A DNA stretch of 64,000 nucleotides from Azolla caroliniana (GCA_043228905.1 JBHGNT010000008.1:1736001-1800000), one strand, 5' to 3'; counted from the stretch's first letter, positions 26,141 to 40,370 are shown. The notes: generated from the letters alone by a model not told the origin. Numbers and translations: made by a program.

Positions 26141-29100
26141 GCATAGTCATTGCTCACTCATAGTTGGTCATATCTCTATCTGCAAGGTTTTCCCCTCCTA
26201 CTACTATAATTTGATTAACTCATTCAGTTTGTCCATCAGATTGAGGATGATCTACGGAACTCATGCTCAACGTAGTTTCTAGTTTCTTAAAGACCTGAGT
26301 CCAAAAGTCACTAGTAAACTTGGAATCTCAATCACTAACAATATCCATCGGTAATCCATAAAAAACGAAATAACTCATTAACAAATTGATAAGCCTTGAA
26401 ATTGTTGAGTGGTTACCATGGTTTTGTTAGTCCGTCAATGACAACCCAAATGGCATCATGACCCCTCTGTGTACGAGCTAAACTAAGAATAAAATCCATC
26501 GAGATACTTTCCCATTTGTTGTTGGGAATATCTAGAGGATTCCAAGATGACCATCAGATGGATCATCATGACATTCATGAAGAATTTTTTATTTCACATT
26601 TGGTAAATCTAGAACACGGACCTTTCCACTATGGTAGAGCAAACCATTTGTAATGTGAAAGGTCGTCTTCGATGGTAGGGTGCTAGTAACGGTATCTAAA
26701 CCATATTCAGGTTTCGTCTAGAATTTCGAGAAATAACTTTCATCAAGGTATTTCCCTCGAAGGTGATGTGAAAGATAAGATTTTATTTCCGTGAAGCTAA
26801 GCATGTTAACTTCTTTAAAGCGACTAAGAGCATCCGGAACGGTGGTCATAGAACCCTTGTGATATCATATGGAAAAATCAAAATCTTGCATAAGGTTGAC
26901 CCAACGACCTTTACGACCAATAAGATGTGGCTAGTCACAAAATACTTCAGTGATTGATGGTCCATTGTAACCACAAATTGATTTCCATAGAAATAATGCC
27001 TCCATGTTTTTAGTGCATGTATTACCACAAACAACTCTTTCTCTTGAACTGTATACCGACATTAAGTAGCACTAAGCTTTTTACTTTCAAAAGCAATAGT
27101 GTGACCGCCTTGATAAAGGATGAAACCAATAGCATAATCACTAATATCGGTTTTGATTGAGAAGGGCTTGGAAGGGTCCGATAATGGGAGCTTAACACAC
27201 ATGCTCTTTGAGTGTCTCAAATGATGTGTCAAGGTTTTCATTCCAGAAAATTGGTTTGACAGACTTATGTGGATGACCTTTTAAAAGGTCAGTAATGGAA
27301 TAGTTGCGAATTGATTTGCGTAAAAATCCAACAAATCCTAAGAATGAGTGAAGTTCACGAATATCACACGTAATTGACCAACGTTTAACCTTTTCAATAC
27401 GAGAAGGTTGAATTTCAACGCCATTTTCGGTAATTAAATTACCTAGGTACAAAATAGATTTCTGGAAAAAATCACATGATTTTGAATGTTTTGCATAGAA
27501 AGGGTTGTAAAACAAATGGAACATGTTGAACACGATCTTCCAAGGTATAGCTATATATGAGAATATCATCCAAGAAGACGACAACAAAATCAACTAGTTG
27601 ATCTCAGAAAACGTCATTCATCGCTTGTTGGAATGTGGCTGGAGCATTAGTCAACCTGAAAGGCGTGACTAAAAACTCATAATGGCCATACCGTGTACGA
27701 AAAGTGCTTTTAGGAATATTATCTTCGGCAATGCAAATCTGATGATAAGCTGTTCCTAAGTCAATTTTCATAAAATATTTGGCCCCATGCAAATGATCAA
27801 TCAAATCATCAACACGAGGTAACGGATATGCATTTTCATTGTCATTTTATTCAAATGGCGATAATTGATACACATTCTCCATGAACCTTGCTTCTTCATA
27901 ACTACCAGAATTGGTGCAACCCAAGGTGATTTACTATACCTAATGTGGCTCGTACTCAAGTATTCCTTAAGTTGTTTAGCAATCTCATCCTCTTCTAATT
28001 GACTAAGTTGATAAGGTGGAATGCTCATAGGAGAAACACCGGTGATGAGTTCAATCTAATGCTCCACATTATGTTTTGGTGGTAATGTAAGTGGCAATTT
28101 GTTAGAAATCACTACTATAGCTAATATACAATTGTGGCTCACCCTCCTCATTTTCAAATGTACCAATCAAATCATTGTCTTCACCAAATGGTGTCTCCAA
28201 ATTGTGTGCATTAAATCTTGTTCACCTTTAATCTGAGACATTTTCTAGGCTTCGTAATATATCTTTTATTATGTCTATTGTTGTCTTCCTCAAACGCCCA
28301 ACTTTTATCAATGTAAACTCATACACAATGATATTCACCTCACTAATGTCAATAATAGATGTATTACAAATATTTAATGCATCAATACGTCCAAAACTTT
28401 ACCAATCCAAAATTGGTGCCCTAGGTCATGGGCATCTACATGTGTAGCTATTAATATCCCCACCTTGACTTCTTGGAAGTTTCCTTGTCACTTGAGTTAT
28501 GCTGGTGTTGTCATCCTTGGTTCCACATAAATGTTTCTCTGTTATGGATGGACCAAACTATGAACATAGAGACTAAGTGCTTGATGTGGTGATGAGACAC
28601 AATTACCATGAACACAATTATTAATGGTTTTTGGTTTATCAATGAAGAATATGTTCACCATAAGGTATCTTTTTGTGCAACATACTTCTTTTCATTATGG
28701 ATATGCTTCTTGTTCTCTTGTAAAAACAAAGATTTTAGTACAATTCGAGTTCATGTTTAAAAAAGCTCTATTATTTGAAAAAAAAGAACGTTGATTAATG
28801 TAAACTCGATATCTTGTATCGAGTTGATGTAAAAAGCCGAGTTTTCATCACAACGTAGTACAATGTATCAAATTCATGTTCAGATATTTTTTCCCAGATT
28901 TAGAAATAAATAAATAAAATTTTTAAGCTTGAGTTGATGAAAAAACTAGAGTTTTCATCACAATTCAATACACTGTATCGAGTTCATGTTTAAAGAAATT
29001 TTTTCCTTTTTATTATAATTTTTTATTAATTGTTTTTTATTAATTTATTATTTATAGGAAATCAAAATTTAAACATAAATTCGATATTTGTATCAAATTG

Positions 29101-30428
29101 TGATGAAACTCTAGTTTCTTCATCACGTCAAGCTCAAAAAAAAAAAATTTTAAAAAAAATCTAAATAAATTAATTAATAAAAACACTTTAAACATGAAGT
29201 CAATACATGTTGAAAAATAAGCTTTTCAACACGAACTCGATACATTGTATCGAATTGTATTACGAAGTCTATGTTTTACTATTAAAATTATCGAGTTCCA
29301 AAATAAATTGTATATTTTCACAAATTATCTCTATTTTGGTAATGAATTTCATTTTTTTTAGAGATTTTGCATTAGAGAAATTGCTTGATGAGAGTGTTTT
29401 TACTACACTATTTAGTGTTTTTTTGCATATTGTTTAACAAAAATTCATTAATTTTTGCGATATTTCACATCGACCTGTCTCTTTTCGGCATTTAGAGCCC
29501 TTTTCTAGAGTTAATATGTCTTTAAACATATAAGTTGTTAGAAATTACTTATTGGTTCATATAATTGAGTTTCTCTATATTTTTTGATCTTGGGCCTACA
29601 AGGTCAACTAAAAATCAGGATGAATGTATGGTCAAGAAAATTCGTTTGAATAATTGAGGCTTGCCTTTAGAATCTATTCAACGTGAGGAAGCCATGTGTA
29701 GTCAGAGATTAAAGAAATATTGTTCAACAATGATATACCAAGATAGTGAAGTAAGAAACTTAGAGAAGTTCGAGTTTTTCTTGATTTTCCTACATCATTT
29801 CTTGCACATCTTGAAAGAGCGCGTAAATAAAAGGGCTACCGTTTAATGAAGGCATATGGTGTAGAAGATGGTGGCACTTTTAAGAAATTTAGCCACAATA
29901 AGGATGTCACCCGACATTTATACTATAATGTTTATTGTGGTTTGTGGCTGAGATGATACACATATTGCCGAAGAAGGAATACATGTTATTGATTATTGGC
30001 ATCCATACGGATTTTGTACGGTTGTATCAACATACGATGATGAACCATTTATGTTTTAACAACTTGAGAAGATGGTGAAAGATTTCGCACACACAATATC
30101 CTTATGGAGAATTGTCGCATTCTATAGCATGGACCAAGAATACTCTATAGCATAGGCCTTGAGATCTCATTTCCATGGGATAGAAAACCTTGCTTAGTAA
30201 GGAATATATTATCTTACATGGGGAGTTTTGATTTTCCCATCAATACATTCTACTTAATATTGATATTTGTCATTTGAAATAGTCTCCAATGAAGGAGATT
30301 GGCTACTAGATTTGTTCTCCGGCTTCGGTAAATTATTATAACTCTATGTGCTATGCCTTTAGATGGTGAAACCATTAATCTTAACTGCACTAGATTGTCC
30401 ATGACAAGGACTATCATGGACATGACAA

Positions 30429-31066
30429 CAGTCATGTCATGATTCGAGCTCCTGACCTAATGTATTTAATCGATATGTTTTAACCAATACATCTAATACA
30501 TAATCATGTTACGTTAGTTGATTATTGTTACAGATAATCAATTCTACGTGTAGGATTTTAGAAGCTTCCAGAAAGCTCTAGAAGCTTGTGCATAAAAATG
30601 AGTCTCTACAAATGGGCATGAGTGATCATGTGCGGTCCTCACCAGTAACTTTAACTAGAACAAGAATACCAATGGGCATGAGCAACCATATGCGGCCCTC
30701 ACCGGGAACTGGAACACCCACGGACATGAGCGACCATGCGGTCCTCACCGAGAACTAGAACTGGAACACGAACAGGCTATGACAACTTCAATACTTAGTC
30801 CAATGGAAAGGGTATCCCATTTCAGAGGCAACTTGGGAACCAACCCAACACTTGGAGAATGCACTGGATGTTGTTCATGCATTTCATCACCAATATCCAC
30901 AAAAACCAGGGAGGCATCTTTGGAGGCGGCCTTAGCGGGGGGATAATGTCAGTCATGTCATGATTCGAACTCCTGACCTACTGTATTAAATTGATATGTT
31001 TTAACCAATACATCCAATACATAATCATGTTACCTTAGTATATTATTATAGATGATCTATTCTACG
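30429..31066 (+). mobile_element. Internally deleted chromovirus (Tcn1-like): LTR - chromodomain - PPT - truncated LTR
   Basis: Direct repeats at 30429 and 30947. QYLVQWKGYPISEATWEPTQHLENA..VHAFHHQYPQKP at 30783-30910. PPT AGCGGGGGGATAA before TGTCA at 30947. Confidence 0.85.
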
Positions 31067-34035
31067 TGTAAACATTACCGTGCGGAAGCTTGGCAAAATC
31101 AATTTAGCCGGGCAACAACAGAGAATAGAAAAACACAAGTTCAATGGAAGCTTGAGAATATATAGCATGCACAGGAGAGACAAAGGGAGAGCAAAACATA
31201 AAACTCTATTCTAAACTCATAGGCCTTTGTGTACATAGAATGTGCTCAAAGAGCACTTTTATACAAGTCCATAAAGGACTGACAGAAATACTAATAGGTA
31301 CTTCAATGCTCATACGAGTGACTATCACTGCCTACGTACTAGGCTGGATCCGTAGGCCTCTAACGGCCTACCGGTTCAATCCGATCCGGCTCTTGGTTCC
31401 GGATATCATCCGAACACCGATCCGGTTCGCCGTTCCGGATACTAATCCGGCTCTGGCTTATTCAGCCGATCCAGATCTGGTTGAACTTGCTCGCTCAACA
31501 CTCCCCCTCAAGCTCAACTTAAGATCAGATCGTGGTGTCAGTGTCTGTAGTAGTCGATCCTTTCCTCTGGCTCCTTCTGACATCCTCCCGCCTTGCTCGC
31601 GCTCATCGTCCGATCCGGTCCTGCTTCCCACGGCCCTTCTGGTTCTGTGCACCTCGTCCTCCTTGGTTGGCTTGTCTGCTCAACTCTTTCACTGCTATGA
31701 CTCCGGCGCTTGTCGACCCATCAGTTCGTCCATGTCAGTGTCGACTTCCGTTGCCTTCTCAACTGCTTGGCCTTTAGTTGATCCGGCTCTTCCGAATCCA
31801 ATTGTTGAGCTGAATTGGCTTCCTCCGATTCGTTCCAACTCTTGTCCGAGTTGGTAGTCTCCAACTCATGTTCTGTTTTTAGACCCTGCACCACATTGGA
31901 CCACTTCCGGGTCTTGGCCTTCTTCCGGTCATCTCTGTCCTTCTTCACTCTATCATCGCTGCCGCTTGCTCCGACTTGTTCGAATGTGTCGACTCCTTCA
32001 GTCGGCTCAACTTTCTTTATCTTCTCATCTCCCCCCTTGGTTCTTTCTTTCTCTCCAGCTTCTTGTCTGGTGCCATCCGTTCCCGTTCCTATTCTCCCCC
32101 TCAAGTGCGGCACATCGAGATGTTGAATGTCGAGCATCTCCGAAAAATGTTGCAACTTGTCTGATCCATGTGGCTTGGTGAAGATGTTGGCAACTTGTCG
32201 ATCTGTGTGAACATACCGAAGTTCAACTTCACCGCTGAGGACCCGCTCACGAACAAAGTGATAATGCATTTCTATGTGCTTTATTCGAGCATGGAATACA
32301 AGGTTCTTGGCGAGCTGTATACTATTTATGTTGTCACAATAAATCAGGATTGGGGTTGGCACCTCAATCCGGACGTCTCGCAGCAATCATCGAAGCCAGA
32401 TGCCTTCACAGGTGGCAATGGTAGCGCCCCGATACTCAACCTCAGTGCTCGAGAGAGCCATTGTTGGTTGCTTTTTGCTGCTCCATGCAACAGCCGCGCT
32501 ACCAAGACAAAACATGTAACCAGAGGTGGATCAACGATCCGATCCATCACCAGCCTAGTCGGCATCGGTATACCCGACCACCTTCCCAGCTATACGATGT
32601 CGGTATAACAGTCCACGGTCCTTCGTGCCGCTCACATATAGCAATAGTCGATGTGCACATTGAAGATGCTCCACGGTCGGCTTCTTCATAAACTGGTTGA
32701 TCACCCCGACTGGATAACTGATGTCGGGTCGGGTGATCATCAAGTATATAAGGCTTCCGACAATTTGTTGGAACAGTTTCTCATCGCAAGCCGGGCCGGA
32801 GTCGGGACGTAGCTTCAAGTTCCGGTCCAGGGGTGTGGAGATCAGTCGGCATTCCGTCATGCCGAACTTGTACAACAATATGCCATCGGGGGTTCGGATC
32901 ACGTCGATCCCTAGAAAATAATGAAGGTCCTCCAAGTCCTTGATTTCAAATGCGTCCGACAACTGGGACTTCACTCTGCCGATTTCATCCAGGCTGGGTC
33001 TGGTGATGACTAAATCATCAACATATAGTAGGATACAAACCGGACCATCCGGACCTTTCCGGATGACCAGTGACGAGTCAGACTTGAGGCCGCAAACCCC
33101 ATCTTACGTGACAACCGATGCGTGATCTTCGCATTCCAAGCTCGGGGGTCTTGCTTCAGACCGTAAAGCGACTTCTTGAGTCGGCATACTACCGACTTGT
33201 TCATCTCCGATTGGAATCCAGGGGGTTGGATCATATACACCCGTTCTTCAAGGTCACCTTGAAGAAACACATTCTTCACGTCCATTTGGTAAAGATGCCA
33301 TCCCCTTGCTACAGCAACAACCAGTACCACACGAACCGTCATCATCTTCGCTACTGGAGCGAAGGTCTCAACGTAGTCGATTCTGTGAGTCTGTGTGTAT
33401 CCCCTTGCCACTAACCAGGCTTTTTACCGGTTGACCAAACCATCGAGATTGTACTTCACCTTATATACCCATTTACAACTAACCGGTTTACACTGTCGAG
33501 GAGGGTCAATCAAGTCCCATGTGTCGTTGGCATTAAGTGCCCGCATTTCTTTCTCCATAGCAGCACGCCAATTTGCGTCTTTTGTTGCTTTTGCATAGCT
33601 TTCCGGCTCACACACTTTTGCCACCTTAGTCATGTACACATAGTGAGGCGCCATGTACTCATTGTATCCGTACCTTTGGACAGGGTTCTTCTAGTGGATT
33701 GAGCGGCATAACTTTTCGTTAGCCGGTTTGAGGCCCTTCTTGGCCAATTCAGACTTCCTTTCTGAAGATCCGCCTTCTTCCTTTCTGGTGTCAGATTCCT
33801 TCCGATCCGACTCTTCACTGCCAGTATCGTATTCTGGCATCTTCTTCTTCTCCATCTCTTTGCATGTGAACCGTCTCCTCGGTTCCTTGCGGGGGGACAA
33901 CACGGCAAAGTCTCCTAGAAAGGTTCAACATGTTTAGTCTGGGGGTTATAACAGTTATGCCCCTTCTGGTCATCATTTCGAGTAGCCGACGAGTATGCAC
34001 TTCTCCGATTTCGGATCCAAATTCCTCCGCTTCTC
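31067..34035 (-). mobile_element. Ty1/copia 3' half (linker, RT, RNase H, PPT, 3' LTR ~31067-31500)
   Basis: [45 protein letters not shown] at 31501-31512. Confidence 0.9.
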
Positions 34036-34060
34036 ATCCGGTACATGCACATATGCTATG

Positions 34061-37000
34061 TGTTGAGAATCAAGCTCAACTTGGTCTAGTGTGTGAACTC
34101 ACCTTCAGAGTGAATAGACACTCCAACGGTCAAAAGTCACCATTAAGTCACCACTTTGTATTCTAGCATTTAGTATGAGTAATAGAATCATATTCTATGG
34201 CACATAACTTATGAGCTTTCACATTCCCCATGCTCCATGAGCCTTGTAGTTAATGAAGAGAGAGGGTGACTACATAAAGCACTCTCCTCCCACCTTGTAT
34301 AATGTTGAGTCTTTCTCCTTTGTCAACATACTTTTACCTTGCGTATTCTCTGTGTTTCACTCTCTCTCTCTCTCTCTCTTACACACACACATAACTCACA
34401 TCTCTTGATTCTTTACATGGTATCAGAGTGATTTGGTAGCTCGATCTAGCCCATTCGCCTCATTGTGATCGTGTGTTGTGCTCCACGCCGACGACCAAGA
34501 ACCGGCTCATTGTTATCGTAGCTTCGCTACATAGCTCGCATTCGAAGAGAGAAGAAGAAGAAGAAGAATCGACATAATGAATACTCAAATGGGAAGCGCT
34601 CTCCCTACTGAGAAGTTGGATCGAAACAACTTTGCATCTTGGGAGTACAAGATGCACCAATACCTTGTCGGACAAGGCTATTGGAGCTACATCAAAGGAG
34701 CGCATGAAGACCGACCCGCTGAAGCGGCTCCCAAATACGCGACATGGTAGCAAGCCGCAAGCCGCGTGATGTATTGTTTGGCGACATGTGTTCACGACCA
34801 CATGCTTGGTCACATTCGAGAAGCCAAGATGCTGAAGGAAGCATGGGAAAATCTACGAAATATTTTCGCCGCCAACACGACCGCGAGGAAGCTTCAACTC
34901 CGCCAAGAGTTGAACAACATTCAACAAAGGGACATTTCCATCACAACATACACCTTGAAGATCAAGGAGCTTTGCAACTCACTCGGCTCAATAAGCGTAA
35001 GTATAGATGATGATGAGATGGTGCAAATATGCCTCGGTGGCCTTGCACCACGGTTCCGCGTAATGCGAACCGCCATTCTAGCACGGGAGAAATCTCCCTC
35101 CTTCTTCGATCTCCAATCAATGCTATTGGTCGAAGAAAACCACGTGTGTACAAGGAGCAATGAGTCGGAAGACCACATGCTCTACACGCACTCTAATGGA
35201 GGAAGAGGACGTGGACGAGCGAGAGGCCGATTCATTCAAGGACAAGGCGGACGAGGTCCGACCTACGACAACAACTCCCAATTTCGGCCGCAAAACGGAG
35301 GCCAACGAGGAACCTTCGCAAGAAGGGGGAGCTTCCACTCCGGCCTGAGCCGTCAAAACGCAACCGAATGCGGATATTGCGGAAATCTCGGCCACCACGA
35401 AGAAGAATGCCAAAAGAAGATGCGTGAATCAGCTTCCACAAGCTGACAACTCACGAATTACGCACACAATTCCGACTACGAAGAGTATAACGGAATGTAC
35501 GGGCACAACTCCGACTATGAAGATCGTGGCAAATTGTATGCACACAACTCCGACCATAGCAGAATGTATGGGCACAACTCCGACTATGAAGATCGTGGCG
35601 GGATGTATGCGCACAACTCCGACCGTGGCGGAATGTTCATGATGAAACATAGAGCAAACTCTATGTCGGCCGCTACCTCAACTAGTGCCTCCGGTCCGGA
35701 AGACGTATGGTTCGTCGATTCCGGTGCCTCGAACCTCATGACATCGCATCAAGAATGGTTCTGAGAACTTCGAGAGCCGGACCAACCCAGCTATGTTGAA
35801 ACCGGAGACGACACTACGCACCCGATTCGGCACATCGGCAATGTTCCGTTCGGAAAAGAAGGTAAGAAAAATTACATTAAAAATGTCTTGCATGTACTGA
35901 CCATTACGAAGAATTTGGTCTCTGTCGGCAAAATTGTAGAGCAAGGGATGCAAGTTCGATTTAATCAAGGTGGTTGCTTCATCGAAAAAGAGGGCCGACT
36001 ATTGCATGCGGACGAAGAGAGGGCTGGATATTCATTCTCGATTCATGCGAGATGAAATCCGCCATGTTCGCGAAAAACACGAAAGCCGACTCCGACATAG
36101 AGCTATGGCACAAGGGAATTGGCCACATCAATCTCAACAAACTCAAAGCAATGAAATCGAAAGGAGTCGTCATCGGACTCCCGACATTCAAAGAGAAGGA
36201 GATTGAAGGTGTATGCGAAGCGTGCCAATTTGACAAGCAACACCGACACCCATTCCCGAAAGAGCGGAACGTGAGCAAAGGTCTACTCGACGTAGTCCAT
36301 TCCGATGTATGGAGACCAGCACAGATGGCTACATTCGGCGGATGCCGATATTACGTGCTCTTCATCGATGACTTCTCTAGGCACACTTGGATCTACCCGA
36401 TGCGGCAAAAGAGCGAAGTGTTCGGACACTTCCAAAATTTCAAGAATGAAGTCGAGAAAGCCACGGGCCGACATGTACGATGCCTTCGATCGGATGGCAG
36501 CAAGGAGTACTTCTCAGACGATTTCACGACGTATCTCCGAAAGGAAGGAATTCGGCAAGAATTCACTTGCCAACACACTCCGCAACAAAACGGAGTAGCC
36601 AAGCGCAAAAATCGGCACATCCTCAAAGTAGCGCGGGCCATGATGAACGAGAAGCATATGCCCAAGTCATATTGGGCGGAAGCTGCAAATACGGTCATCT
36701 ACCTAATGAACCGGTGCACAACATCTGGCGTGCACGAGGTCACTCCGCACGAAAAATACTTCGGAAAGAAGCCGGATTTATCACACATCCGGATATTCGG
36801 CGTGATAGCGTACGTGCAAATCCTTGACGAGAAGCGTCAAAAGCTTCACCCGAAGTCGGAGAAATGTATCCTCGTAGCATACTCACTCGAACAAAAGGGG
36901 TACAAGAGCTACAACCCCTCAACTCGAAAATCTCGAGTAAGTCGAGGCGTCGTTTTTGACGAGTCTGCATCCTGGTACGCACCAGAGACAACTTCGCCTC

Positions 37001-39614
37001 CGACTCCACTCGACCTGGAATCTGCCGAACAAGAGATTGAGGATGAAGGGGTACAAGTGCTACAACCCCTCAACTAAAAAATCTCGAGTAAGTCGAGACG
37101 TCGTTTTTGACGAGTCTGCATCCTGGTACGCACCAGAGACAACTTCGCCTCCGACTCCGCTCGACCTGGAATCTACCGAACAAGAGATTGAGGATGAAGA
37201 TCGCCTTATGCGCATATTCGAAGAAAGTCTGATCATGACCTGATTGAGCGGACCACAAGAGCCTTTGAGCGATCAAAGCACATCACGGCCTAGCCCGAAG
37301 ATGGACAAAGGCAAGGCAAAAATGTTGGAATACGAAGACGATCGCTTCAACAACGATGAGTCGACTGACTCACTCGACAGTGAGTTCGGCGGTTTCGAGG
37401 TACCAATCGGAGCCAAGAAAGCCCTCATCTCTGCAAATGAAAAGCTCCGCCGATCCACTCGTGAAAAGAACCCTGTAAGCCGGGTTTAGGCTACAACGAT
37501 TATATGGCGTACCATTACACCTTTATGATGAAGGTAGCGACAGTACGGGAGCCGGAAACCTTTTCAGAAGCCGCGAAGGACCCGCGATGGATCGAAGCAA
37601 TGAATGAGGAGATGCAGGCACTACGCAAGAACGAGACGTGGGATCTCGTTCCCATCTCACCACACAAAAAGGAAATCGGATGCACATGGATCTACAAGGT
37701 GAAGTTCAACGCCGACGGCTCCGTCAACCACTACAAAGCGCGACTCGTAGCGAAAGGCTACGCCCAAACGCACGGAGTTGACTACGAGGAGACCTTTGCC
37801 CCGGTGGAAAAGATGACAACGGTGCGGACCGTAATTGCGCTTGCCACGTGGAAAGGGTGGCACCTTCATCAAATGGACGTCAAGAACGCCTTTCTACAAG
37901 GCGAATTAGAAGAGGTGTACATGATACAACCACCCGGCTTCAACTCGAGCACCCATACGAAAGTTGTTTGCCAACTCAAGAAGCCTCTCTACGGCCTCAA
38001 GCAAGCACCGCGTGCTTGGCATTTGAAGATAACACAATATCTTCATCAAATCGGCTTCCGTATGTCAAAATCGGACAACTCCCTCTACATACGAAGCGAT
38101 TCCGCAAGTCCGATCGTCATTATTTTATATGTGGATGACCTAGTCATTGGAGGTGAGCATCTCGTCGAAATCAATAAAGTCAAATCCCTCCTTTCTGACA
38201 AGTTCGAGATGACGGACATGAAGGAGTTGGACTCCGGCCGGAATCATGATCTCTCAACGGCACTACATCCTCTACTTGTTATACAAGTTCGGTATGGCTG
38301 AGTGCAAATCCGCGGCAACCCCGCTCGATCGTAATCTCAAACTAGATGCGAACTCCGGCACCAAAGCGTGTGAGCCAACTCAATATCAGCAACTTATCGG
38401 GAGTCTCATCTACCTCACGATCACTCGACCCGATCTCAGTTATCCGGTCGGTCTCCTTAGTCAATTCATGCAAACACCACATGATACTCACTTGGATTGC
38501 GCTAAGGGAGTTCTACAATACGTGAGCGGCACAATGGATTGCGGCATCCTCTACAAGTCCGTGATGCCAATACGACTCGAGGGGTACACAGACGCCGATT
38601 GGGCCGGCTATAAAGATGATAGAAGGTCAACCTCCGGATTTGTTTTCTCCCTCGGCAGCGGAGCAATTTCCTGGAGTAGCAAGAAGCAGCCGATCGTCGC
38701 TCTTTCGAGTACGGAGGCGGAATACAGGGGCGCAGCCGTAGCTGCGTGTGAAGCCATATGGCTCAAGAGGATTTTGAAGGATCTGGGCGTACCCATCAAG
38801 GATCCGACCTCTCTTTACTGCAACAACATGAGCAGTATCTGTCTCGCTCGGAACCCGGTGTTCCACGCACGGACAAAGCACATCGAACTGCACTATCACT
38901 TCATCCGAGAGCGCGTTCTAGGAGGCAATGTCGACCTACAACACATTAGCACCAATCTTCAAACGGCCAACATCTTCACTAAAGCCTTAGGAGCCGACAA
39001 GCTATAACAATTCATGACCGAGCTCGGGTTGACGATTCCTGACTTACCAAGCTTGAGGGGGAGTACGAAAGAGACTACGCAATAACGCAATTCCGCAACC
39101 ACGCAACGAAGTCGCGAAGAGCCGATCTACCACGCAAAGCCGCGAAGAAAGACGCAAAACGAAGCACAGACTTTGTAACTACGCACAACGCAAGTTGGAG
39201 CACGGATCCCGTAACTCCGCAGAAACGCGAGTCGACGCGGACTCCGGAACGCAAGTCAAAGCGTATTTTTGGATACTGTCTGAAACCGACCCGACTTGAG
39301 CTTTAGGGGGCGTGTTGAGAATCAAGCTCAACTTGTTCTAGTGTGTGAACTCACCTTCAAAGTGAATAGACACTCCAACGGTCAAGAGTCACCATTAAGT
39401 CACCACTTTGTATTCTAGCATTTAGTATGAGTCATAGAATCATATTCTATGACACATAACTTATGAGCTTTCACATTCCCCATGCTCCATGAGCCTTGTG
39501 GTTAATGAAGAGAGAGGGTGACTACATAAAGCACTCTCCTCCCACCTTATATAATGTTGAGTCTTTCTCCTTTGTCAACATACTTTTACCTTGCGTATTC
39601 TTTGTGTTTCACTC
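34061..39614 (+). mobile_element. Ty1/copia element, near full length, degenerate
   Basis: 5' LTR 34061-34417, PBS TGGTATCAGAG at 34418, gag, CGYCGNLGHHEEEC knuckle, WFVDSGAS protease, integrase, RT and RNase H. The 3' LTR from 39313 is truncated at ~39614. Confidence 0.95.
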
Positions 39615-40370
39615 TGTCTCAAATCCGACTTCCGCCCGAAATACAACTCATGTGCTGACACCTCGTCCCAGATCAAGTTTTGGATGTAGATGGTCATCTG
39701 GATCACCTTAGCCCAATAGAATTTGGGCCTGCTGTTCTCCTCCAGCATTGCCCTTGGCACGTTGACAATCAACCGGTTCTTTCTTTCAGCCACACCATTT
39801 TGTTCTGCGGTATATCGACAACTGAATTCTCTCTCAATTCCTTTTTGTTGCAGATAACTGTTGAATTGGCCGGAAAAGTATTATTTTCCCTCATCCGACC
39901 GCATGCACTTTATCTTCCTCTCCATTTCCATTTCGACTAAGCTTTGAAGGTTCAGGAAACAGTCAAAGACTTTGCTTTTCTTCTCGATGAGGTAGATCCA
40001 CGTGTGCCAGCTGTAGTCGTGGATGAAGGAGACGAAATACCGACTCCCACCAAGACTAGCGTTCTGTGCCAGTGCCCATACATCCGAATGGATTAGATCG
40101 CGCTTGTTATGGCTCCGGTTTTGTTCAGTGAGGAATGGAAGCCGGTGTTGCTTCCCGAGTTGGCAGGCTTCACATATTTGGGCCTTCCGGCCACTAAACT
40201 TCGGCAATCCGAACACAACTTGTTTCGATTGCAGATCTTGAATCCTCTGGTAGTTGACATGGTCGATCCTCTTATGCAAGAGATCGATATCCAATTCAGT
40301 CTTCTGTCCTTTGGCATGATAGGAACTAGCGTGGAAGTATTGCTCGGCCACAACCGAGTCTCAAATCACT
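39615..40370 (-). mobile_element. Copia integrase fragment, probably the continuation of the 31067-34035 element
   Basis: LLHKRIDHVN...CEACQLGKQHR...HSDVW...RSDEG, AERKNR. Same strand and expected domain order. Confidence 0.8.

Larger units (their letters stand above)
20881..30408 (+). repeat. Segmental duplication copy B
   Basis: Collinear with copy A. Lacks the copia and several A segments, and has ~950 bp (24600-25555) absent from A. Confidence 0.93.
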
